Shown: positions 1-11,524 of the stretch, piece after piece | Layout: each line of letters opens with the position of its first letter | Numbering within the stretch: the stretch's first letter is position 1 | From: Chrysomallon squamiferum | Taxonomy: Eukaryota > Animalia > Mollusca | Assembly: GCA_012295275.1 (NCBI GenBank) | Contig: CM022669.1 | Coordinates: forward strand, 14,446,001 to 14,510,000 | Direction: 5' to 3' | Length of the DNA stretch: 64,000 nt | The notes under the pieces: generated by a model | Databases searched by the model: none | What the model was told of the DNA's origin: nothing | The model's input: only the letters and a program-made list of their open reading frames with translations | Made by a program: the position numbers and the translations under genes

Positions 1-2128
1 TAGATATAGATTCTAACTATTACTGTTAAAGTTTATTACATTTCAAAATAAAGTGCAAAATTTCAAACACCTTAGTGTGAAAGGTTATAAAACTTAAAAT
101 ACAATTTAAAAAAAATGATGACATTCTTTTTGAGCTTAAATTTGTTATTAGCTATTAAATTTTGCATGAGTTCAACATATTCAAAGACGCAAGAGGAGCA
201 GCTTTTTATCTTTATTATTTTACATTTTTGACATCATCTGTTTGGAATGGGAAAATATGCTATTTTATTGTAATAACCACTATTAATGCATGTATGCATG
301 TTTATTTGTATTAGAGAAATTAATACCTTGATGATAAATTCAAAGAAAAAACATTTAATAAAAATATATATTTTCATGCTTTCCTTTGTTCCTGCTTAGC
401 ATATCCTTTATGCTATTGATAAATTTTACATTTCATACTGCAAAAAGTTCCTGAAATATAGCTACAAATGTTAATTGTTCAGTATAAACAGTCTAAATTT
501 GATCAAGCAAATCTTTCTGTGACCATCCAGGACCCTATTAAGGATTTTTTCCTTCAAATACTATACCCCATTGTTCAACTTGATACTTGTGTCTATATGT
601 TTCTGTCACTCCTTAAGGAAATGATAATGTGTTTTGGCAGTTTAATTGCCTTGTTAATCTTTTTTCAAAAAAATGTTAAAAATCACTAATTTTGATAATT
701 CGACAATAATTTGGCAACTTGTTGTATTATGCATTCTTTGACCCAGGAACCAGTAAAATATATTGTTATTAATTGAAAAAGTTTTCCTCGTTCAACTTGA
801 AGATAATGGAACAATTAAGTATCAAGTATCATGTGATAGCATCAACAGTTTATTTGTTGATCCAGGAAGCTTTTCAAAAAGAAAAATCAGTCTATCTATC
901 TACAGACAGAGAGATAGATAAATACATAGTAATGGAAAGGTTTTTCTACAGCAAAACTGATATTATTCGGCTCAAAGGTGACAATACATTTCCTCTAATC
1001 AAAATACTCCATGCTCTATCAGCCCGTTCATCTTAAAAGTCAGAGCAGAAAAGCTCTTGAGATGTTATTTCTAGTGCTGAAATCATGCCATTATGACCAG
1101 GAGGAAAACAACTCCATCATCCGTTTACACTGAACAATGTGACCAGAGTATCGACCGTCCAGATCACTTAGCATAATCTGTTTACACACAATGAAATGTG
1201 ATTTGCACAGATTCACAGACAAAATGAAAATCTCCTCTCCGAGGTACTTGGCTACTTAATGCAGACCAATTGAACGACTTGTTACAGTGGGAAAATGACT
1301 TGTTCAGACAGCTAGCTTCATGGATACCTCAGTAGAATGTCTGAAAAAACGAAAATGAAAATTTAGTTTGGCCCCCTCTGCCCCCACCCCAAAAAAACCC
1401 CAGAGATAACTTTCTAAAACAAAAATATATTTGAAGTGGAGAAATACATAGGTTTAATGTTATTTTAAATACCTAAAATGTTCCACATTTGACCGTTTTC
1501 ATACTAATTAATATTCCAGTGTTTTATTATTATTATTATTATTATTATGATTATTATTATTTATTTTTTTTGACGTGCCTACACATATTACATTATAAAA
1601 TAATATTTAAGTACATTTTAGAATTGCTGGAATAAATAATTTTTACACTAACTAATATTACAGTATTTTTGGTACTTAACACACACGTACAGTTATTACA
1701 TTATGAAATTACATTTAACCATTCATTTTTAAAATCGATGGAATATATAATTTTCATGCCAATTAACATTCCAATACACTTACGTTATGAATGCGTTATG
1801 TCTGCATTTTGTCATCAAAGGAAATGTGTATTGTGAAAATAAAAGTTAACCAGCAGCATGTGAATGGAATGTCTTATTAACAAGCTGCAGCATGCTGAGT
1901 ACTGCATACTTTTATATTTATTTATTTATTTTTTTAATTTTAATAAAATTTTAATTTATTATATTATCATCATTGTTTTTTTATTTTTTTTTTTTTTTAC
2001 CCTTAAATTGCATTACACAGTGTTTGCTGGCAGTTAGGAGAATGTCTGTTTGGTGTTGTTGTTGTTGTTGTTGTTGTTGTTATGAGCTTTGATTCACCTA
2101 ACAGAATGTCTATTATTGGCTTTGCTAG

Positions 2129-2227
2129 CTCATCCCGGCCGTTTCATCACTAAGTTACTATACCACGGTGATACCTTTGGTCTTTGTGCTGTCCATTTCG
2201 GCCGTCAAGGAAGCAGTTGATGACTTC
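2129..2227 (+). CDS. ATP8B: ATP8B exon variant A (TM1-2 loop + TM2), candidate mutually exclusive exon
   Basis: ttgctag|CTC...TTC|gtaagt; 99 nt; [33 protein letters not shown]; absent from the ORF track. Confidence 0.88.
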
Positions 2228-4691
2228 GTAAGTCAGCTGCCCTAAACAGAGGCAATCTCATCTAACAACACCGGCGAGGCTTTGAGCTGTGTGTTCATAT
2301 CGCTTCTGTGTTAATCGCAAAAACACAACCAAAAAAAAAAAATCTCTCAAGTTTGACAAATGTTTAAAATATGCATGAAGAAGTAAAAGTAAAAACTGCA
2401 TGAGTGTTTTTTTTTATTTTTTTTTATTACCATTATTATTACTGGTTTTTATTATTATTATTATTATTATTGTACATGTATGTACTAATTTCAAAGCATG
2501 ATGGTTTGTCTTAAAGTGACTGTAATGTCCAAAGTTGTGTTTGAAAAATTGGTTATGATGTTTAAACAAGTATGCACAGATATTTGTCAAACATTTAGAG
2601 ATTTTAATAGCACTGTGCTTTCTGTGTTGCATATTTATTTTGTGTTGCAGTATTCATAGTCTGCTGTTATCAATATCTGCATATGCACATGGTTTATAAT
2701 GGATTATGTATACCTACTAGAAATAATCTTAATAAGTTTTATTTATATATAACTGATGTTTAAGCATAAATAGTACAAAATTAATGCATAATAATTAAAT
2801 AATTAAATAAACCACTATAATTATTTGTAACCAGTAATTTTTTTTTATTTTTTTTTTTATTATTATTATTTAAATAAATATATCGCAGAAATATTTGATA
2901 ATGGACCCAATAAATTCTGAAGCATTTTTATAAATATTATAAAATTTATGCTTATCCTGATAAAATTTAGCATGAGAAATGAGAGTCAGGGTATTTTTTT
3001 TTTTCACAAGTGAATAATAAACAAATCCATAACCATGGAATATGCACAAGCCTGATAACTTCAGTAACATAACTCTGACACACAGCTAAAGTTAATGATG
3101 TATTCAGCAAACCAGTTATCAACTGTTACATTGTCACGAAAGGTGAAAACAAAACAAAAATTTATCATCATGATATGAAACAGTGATAGCCCAAGCTTTG
3201 AATGTCAGATTAATTTTAGCTTTGTTATGCTTTTGAACGATATTGCTGTGTCTTTTGCATCACTTTCTTTCAGGTAATATTGTGACACTCTGAAAGCCAT
3301 TATTATTTATTTTTCTGTTCTGTTTTTCATTAACATTTGTGCTTTTATTTATTTAGTTTGACTTTTTCACAGTATTTAGCCTCTACGCATTATTTTTGCT
3401 TGATTTTTTAATTTTCTTTTAATCCACAGATTATGCATCTTTTTTTGCTTTGATCATTAATTTTACTTTAATTATTATTTTAATTTAATTTTGTTTTTAA
3501 TTATCCACCATCGCAAGTTAATTAGAAGCAGGTGAAATCTGACATAGCTTCAGTTTCACAATTTGCTATTAGTCAAAACGTCTACACCTAAAATTTAAAT
3601 TAATTGGCTGAATCAAAAATTACATTTTTGAAAATAATACAAAAAAATATTTTTAGATTTTTAGATTTTAAAATTATTATTTTTAACTTAACTTAACTTA
3701 CAATGGTGGATAATAAAAAAAAAAACCTATTATACACTGAACTTTACAAAAATGTATTTTTTAATTGTACTCAGTTTTATTAAACTAACAACAAGTTTAT
3801 AGTTTTTCAGATTTTCAAAATTAACATTTTTATTACCAAATTTATTTTTCTTTCAGTTTTTCAATTTTTTTTTTTTTCTCTGTCTTTTTATTCCTTTCTA
3901 CTTACTCACCCAACTGAGTAGTACAATAAAAAGTACATATTGTATGGTTGACTGTGTAATTAAATCTTCCGCATTGCCTCACTTTATGATTTCACCTGAC
4001 GATAAATTTCCGTTTTGCTTGTTGCCGATGGTTACAGCTGATGCCCGTCATTTCTTCTTTGACTCCCCTTACCACAGTGATTCCACTTGTTGCTGTGCTA
4101 ACTGTAACGGCAATAAAGGATGCAGTCGATGATATTGTGAGTTACTTTTACTACAAGACAAATTTTTAAATTTTGTGGGTATTTTTTGCGATTATTATTA
4201 AAAAAAATAAAATTTGGTAATTTTTCAATCGTGTTCAGTTAAGAAAAATGACGTAAGAGTCCAATTTTTATTTATTTTTATTATTTATTTATTTATTTAT
4301 TTATTATTGTTGTTGTTATTATTATTGTCATCATCATCTTCTATTTTCTCTTTTTATTACAATCAACAGTTGGTCTTGTGGTTTATTTTTTATTTTCTAT
4401 TTATTTTTCTATTTTGACAGTAAGATTTTTAAGATTGATATCTTGAATATTTCAATTTTTATTTTTTCTAAAACAATTTTTTTATATATTTTTATAAATG
4501 AACTGGGTATGAGGGACTTGCTTAACAATTCAAACTATTTGGTAATTTTATTTTTTCATTAGTGATCCTTTGGGACTTTACTTATTTTTTATTGATTTTT
4601 ATCTTGTTAATGATTGTTTATTAATTTTTTATGATTTGGGTATTTGGGATTAACAGTTATTGGAATTATGTAGTGCATTAATAACTTAAAC

Positions 4692-4758
<67 letters not shown>

Positions 4759-4892
4759 AATAATTATTAATTTATTTTCATCTTTTTTTACTGGTTTCAG
4801 TTTTTATAATTTACTTGTTTATCAACTCATTTATTATTTTGTTCTTCCATTTTAATTATTATTTTAAAACTTTTACTTTTTATTTCTATTAT

Positions 4893-4927
<35 letters not shown>

Positions 4928-5172
4928 CCTCTTAATGACCTGGACTCATGAGGTTTAAAAAAAATTGGGGCATTTTTTTTTTCTTTCTTTCTTTTTAACT
5001 TAAATTTGGAATTTTTATAAAAAATTTAAAAGGAAAATGATTTTAAAAAAACATTAAAAACTGCATCAGGAGACCTAATATCCATTTTCATCTTTTCTTG
5101 GTTATGGAATTTCCTGGTTTCTGCAACATCAACTGAAGGCAAATTACACAGTTTTCAGTTTTGTTTTTAAAA

Positions 5173-5212
<40 letters not shown>

Positions 5213-8200
5213 AAACTGATTTAAAACCTACTAACTTTTCTTCACTTTTTTTATACACTGGATTTTAGAGGGATTAAAGTTTGGTTTTATTTAAAATAAA
5301 ATAAATATTAGATAATCTGCACCACTTTATATAGATGTATAGTTCTTTATATATATATATATTTATTTTTAAAACTATTTCATATACATGTTATTGTTTA
5401 AATTTTCATTATCTAATATTGACAATTAATATTTATTACATCTAGTATTTCTAATGGTAAGCATTTTATGTTGAGAAGTAAATATTTTTGGTTAAGTTGC
5501 AATTTCAGTATGTTTCAAATATTATATTATGCAATTTAGAAATAAATGAAAATAAATAAATATTTATTTTGCTATTTCAAATTTAAAGTCATATCACAAT
5601 AATGAGTAAATGATAATTTCATATTTCTTGTTCATATAATTTTTCTTTCAGTATTTGAAATTATTAATTCATGTTTTTATTTTGCATTTCAAGTTATTGT
5701 TTATCATTTTAAACTTTATGTGTATAATTGTTTTGATGTTGTCTACTTCATTTTTGCATTATTTACTTAATTTAAATTACAAATATTTAAATCATTTTCT
5801 CTAAAATTTAATGAAGTCTTAGCATTAACCATTTTCATTTAGTTTGTGGCATTATAGATATAACAATTTTAGGTCAATGGCATTATAAATATTAAAATAA
5901 TTTTAATGCAGCAGTAATTAATTTTACTTTTTTTTTATGAAATTGCCTCAAGTAAGAATTGTTAAAACAAGGTGTGAAAAATGTTTGTAAGTCCTCAGGT
6001 AGATTTTGATTGAGTGTGCGGCAGTGTTTAACACTGATTAGGACAGAAAGTGCCATTGAGATCCTAGTACATCAATCAGGAAATAAGGGGTAGAGCCAGT
6101 AAACAGTAAATTTTAGTAGTTTCACAGTTTGTGACTAACAAATAACAGATTAAACCAAATTAAAGTATAATTTTTACATTCAGACCATTGCATCATAATT
6201 ATTCAAAATAAAAAAGTACGCACCTGCATGCACTCACACATTCACATTTTGAAGTGTAATCTTTAAATATAAAAAAGTATAAATAAAAATATAATATCCC
6301 ACATCAAACAAACATAGCATTTCAGATTCAAAAATAGTGCAGTTTAAAAGGTAATTTTCTAAATTTAATAACATCATCTACATACATTTTTCACACTTGT
6401 AATTTATATATTATTGAGATATTGGTTCTGTTAATCAGAAATATTTACAAAGTTAAACAGCCACTTTTATGTAATGAAAGATCGTGTAGCACTTTCTACT
6501 GTAAATTAATTTGACACCTTTTTTTTTCATTTCAATACAACAGCAAAGACACAGGAGTGATGATCTGGTTAACAACCGGAAGTCTGACGTACTCAGAGAC
6601 GGCAAACTGGTCTCAGAACGCTGGCACACTGTCATTGTCGGCGACATAATTCGGCTCAAAAACAATGATTTTATTGCAGTAAGTATCTGTTATTTTTAAC
6701 TCAAAACAAAAATAAAAATCTTTCCTTTCTGAGTTTTATTGCAATAAATATTTGTTGTTTTTGATGACGTGAAAAAAAAAAAAAAAAAAAAAAAATTATT
6801 TTTTCTGGTTTATCTGGTTGAATGCTGCTGCCTTATAAATCATTCAGTAAAGATTCCTGGTTGATTTCTATTTCACTCCTTGACTGTATAAATATGGATT
6901 AAAAATACATTAATTCTTAAATAAAATATCTTTCTGAATTACCCGGTTGAATGGTTAACCGTATAATTAAATTATAGTTTGTAAATATGCTCAGAAAATG
7001 ATTGAGCAATATGTTTTTTATTACTTTTTTTTTTTTTTAGTCATTGAAAACAGGTTACCTGTTGAGTTGTTTTTTCTTCTCAACTCTATAAATATTGATT
7101 AAAAATGCATTACTTAAATAAAATACCTTTGTCACTTATCCACTTGAATGGTGCCTTATAATTAGATTATAGTTTGAAAATGTGCTCAGAACATTATAAG
7201 TAATACTTTTTTTTTTCTTTCCAATCATTCAAAACATATTATTTGTTGATTTTTTTTTTCTCCTTGACTTTATAAAATATGGATTAAAAATACATTACTT
7301 CTTAAATAAAATACCTTTTTTTTTTTTTTCTCCCTCCACATATTAATAAATTATTTATTGACTTCATTTGACAGATGATGTGCATACTGAAAAATAAAAT
7401 CAATACTTAATACATCAGACTGGTCTATGACAAATTTTACAAAATTGTTCTGCAGCACACAAACTCTGGTTAAAATAGTTGTGGTTGTTTTTATCAAACA
7501 TTATTAACAAGTTGTTGTGCATGTTACTGAAGTGATGCATCTGTTGATAATTATATATAAATACACACTGAAATGATTAACTGACAAATCTTAAATTTGT
7601 ACACCATAATCCTGACAGAACTGTTGTTTTTTTTAGTGTACAATGGTGATAATATGTTGTTATCAAAGATGTCATTTTGCTTAAAGAAAAACAGTTTTGT
7701 TGTTCAGTTATAAATAAACAAACTACAGGAAAGTAGTCTGTTGACAACCACTAAATCTCTCTGCATCAAAACTCATCTGGATTATTGTTGTTTTTCTGCT
7801 TTCCAGCATTATTATTATTAAGTTGTTTGTTGCCTTCTTATGACTAACACAATTATTACTGAAGGGGTGTATATTTTGACCATTGTAACTAAACATGTAG
7901 TAGATGAAACACACTAATCAAACTGATCTGTTGACAAATCATTTAAAACTGGCCTGTACTAAAAATCAGTCAAGGCTGTTGTTTTTGTTTTTCTCCACTT
8001 CCCAGCATTGTTAATGTATTCTTTGTTATCAGTTTTGCTCGACACTTCGCACATACTGTGTGTGTTCGTGTGTGTGTCTTACTAATCAGGCTGCTGCTTG
8101 ACAAGGAGATGTGTCAGCCACGTTTAGCTGTGCAATCACAAAATGCAATCATTTGTTACTGCATCCTGTGATTTCATTTCCCTCTGCCATGATTAGAAAA

Positions 8201-11200
8201 TGGAAAAACATCCTGAGAAGAACAACTCCTGCATGTACTGATGTAGAGATAACCAGTATTTCACGTTCTCTGAAATAGTGTGTGCATGTTCTTATCCAGC
8301 TTTTACTGTTTACTGACCTTAATTTATATATATATATATATTTATATATATTTTTTTTTTGAATAGGGACAAAGCTTGTTTACATGTTCTTTGTTTCTTA
8401 ATACAGATAGTTGTTTTGTTTTAAAATTGGTGGGATAGAGGTAGTTTTTTAATGTCTTAAACTTAAAGTGAAAATTGTTGTTGATTGGTCATTCATTACG
8501 TCTTTTTAGAATCAGGACAGGACTATTAACCTGAAAAATTGTTCTTATTCATTTTCTTTTTAAATATTTTAAAATCTGGCCAGGACTATTAACCTGAATA
8601 AGTGTTCTTAAATTATTCATTATCTTTTTAAATATTTAAAAATCAGGACAGGACTGTTAATTACAAATAATCAGTATTGATCTTTTTTTTTTTTTTTTTT
8701 TTTTTAATTTATCTTGACTAGGTCTTACAGGATTTGTTTAGTTTGTCCACTCTCCAAAGACATCTGTTACAGCTATTGATCATCTATTCTGCATCTTTTG
8801 TTGTTCTATTTATTGCATTTAGAGTGAACTAGTTTTAAGACTTGTTTTTCAGATATGATATGTCAATACCCTTAATCGGGGTTTATTTGTTTATTTTTAA
8901 TTAAAACAAGTAGAAGCAATAGTAGCACTGTTTTTATTTATTTATTTATTATTGTTGTTGTTTGTTTATTTTTTTTTTTTTTTATTTTTTCATTTATTTA
9001 AAACAGGAAAGCTACAAGATTAGTATGTTTGTTTCAAAATACTTTCAACACCTCAATTATTTGTTATTTTTCATTTAATTCTTCTTTCTTTCTTTCTTTT
9101 TGAAAACTAACTAAATAAAATAAATAAAAAGTTAAAATTGAAAGCAACATCAACAAAAATGTGAACAGAATTAGTTATTAAAGTCTTGTTTAATTTGTTT
9201 ATCCATCAGCTCAATTAACAGATGCAATGTTATTGAATTATTATTTGTTTTTCATTTTTTATCATTTTGTTTTCTATTTTCTTTTTTTTTCTTTTTTCTA
9301 CTGTGTTATCTATTTCTAAATGTAATTATAACTTTCTGATTATTCATTCATTGTTAGAATCTTTTTAATATTAAAAAAGAAAAATACAAATACAGAATTA
9401 GTCCTGTGACACCTTTTCAATGATTTTTTTTTCTATTCTGTAATGTTTTTAATTATCTATCTATCTATCTGTATATCTGCTTGTTTTGTTTGTTTTTATT
9501 TTATTTATTTTATTTTAATTTTAATTTAATTTTATTTTATTTTAATTTTGTTTTAGTTTATTTTATAATTTAATTTAATTTTATTTTTTAATTATTTACT
9601 TTATTTTATTTTATTTTATTTTATTTACTAATTTATATGCATACTAATTAATTAATTTTTATTTGTATCATGCCTTCATTTTATTATTTTTTATTCATTC
9701 ATTTATTTATTTATTCATTCATTTACATATTCATTCCGTCATTTAATTTATCTATGTATTTATAAAATCAGACAGAAGCCAGATTTGCACATCTGTATTA
9801 TTTTTACATTCACCATGACAGAACTAATTTTACAAGTCAGATGAAAAGAGGATATTTTTGTTTGAAACATAAGTAGTGTATTTGCATAAAGATTCAAGGA
9901 CTGTTACATGAAAATGAAAATAAGTAAGAAAGAACACTGCATGTTAATGAGTTCAGATTATGGAAATAATTAGTATTTAAAAACAGAAAAATGATTATCT
10001 TGTATAACATCAAAATGATTAATCAGGTCTAAATAATAGTAGTATGTGAAAATGATTACAAGAAAATATGAAAATAATTAGTTTCAGAACATGAACCCTG
10101 TGATGATTGTAAACATAAAAAACAATTATGATTGTAAACATAAAAAACAATTATGATTGTTAATATGAAACAATTTCTGGTTGTAAACATGAAAATAATA
10201 TTAACAGAATTTTAAAACAATTTAAAAAAAACAACAGAATCTGCAGTATAAACTTTAATGAAGCTATTTTTTACTGGAAACCAGCACCAGAATTATCATT
10301 AATTTCTGTTTGTTATTCTCAAAGGATTTTATAAATTAATTATAAATATTATGTTTTATGTCTTTAATGATATTAAAATGCTACATGTGTTTTTGTGCAC
10401 CTGTCTACATGCATGCATGCAAGATGTTGTTCTGTGTTGAACGACTTTAATTGTTGTAAGTGGGATTTTATTTCTTTCATAGGCATTTTATTAAACCTCT
10501 TGTTTTATTGTGCATATAGAATGCCTGCACATTCACTCATATCCATACATAATTATATGCATATAGATATACAAAAGCAATCACATTCAGACATACATAC
10601 ATACATACATATATATATATATTTTTTTTTTTTTACTTTAAAAAAAAAAAATTTAAAACCAGAATGTAAATATTTTCAGTTAACTGTATTAATTCTTCAT
10701 TCGTATAAACATGGCAACATTTCAGAGTGTGATCTGTTTTGATTAATTTCAAGTTACTTCATTAGTCTGTTGACTCTTGGTAAAACCAAGACGTTTCATT
10801 ATTAACGATGATTTAAGTCTGTTTGAGCTGACGTTGCCAAGAATTTCTTCTCTTTTTAAACAAGTTAAATTGTTTTTCTCTATTGTGCAGTTTATTGTTT
10901 CTGAAAGCCTACTGCTTGTTTGTTTTTCATTACATTTTCTTCAACTGGCTAGAAAAAAAATATATTGTTTATTTGAATGGAAAAAAAAAAGCCTCTTACT
11001 TTTTTCTTTTTTTTTTTTCTTTGTTTAATTTGAACACAAATATAACAGGGAAGTCATTTTTCTTCTTCTTCTTTTTCTTTTCTCTTCATTTATTTGTGGA
11101 AAATTGTCAGGTGAAAGCTATTTTTGAGGTTTAGGAGCAGGGAAGAGGATTTTTTTTTTGTGATTTATTTATCATCCGAAGGTTAGGATGCCTGTTTCAG

Positions 11201-11493
11201 TATAACCAAAAGTACAGCCATCTGTTGCGTAATTTCACTGTGTTGTGTAGACTTTGTTGTTGAAGAAACCACTCGGATATTTTCCTTCATACAGTTCTGG
11301 CATTCATGTCACAAAGTTCCAGCAGAAAACAAAGTAATCAACTCAATCTAAGGGCAGATCTTTGGCTTGTTGACAGGGGGTGGTGGTGTCTGTATATATT
11401 TTTTTTTTTTTTTTTTTTTTTTTAATTTTATTAAAAGAAAATGACCTGTAATTTTACATTATATTTGGTATACTGTTAAAATTTAATATTATA

Positions 11494-11524
<31 letters not shown>

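Noticed and set aside
952-977. tttctacag|CAAAACTGATATTATTCGGCTCAAAG|gtgaca; shares ATTCGGCTCAAA (DIIRLK) with the exon at 6544-6678
   Set aside because: 26 nt and not frame-preserving; similarity limited to ~12-18 nt and in the wrong gene position; treated as chance.
2105-2128. Alternative upstream AG for exon A (24 nt longer)
   Set aside because: In frame but ends in TAG (the real acceptor), so unproductive.
2240-2266. CTAA(A)C motifs just after exon A's donor as a steric-hindrance branch point for exon B
   Set aside because: 1.8 kb from exon B's acceptor with many intervening AGs.
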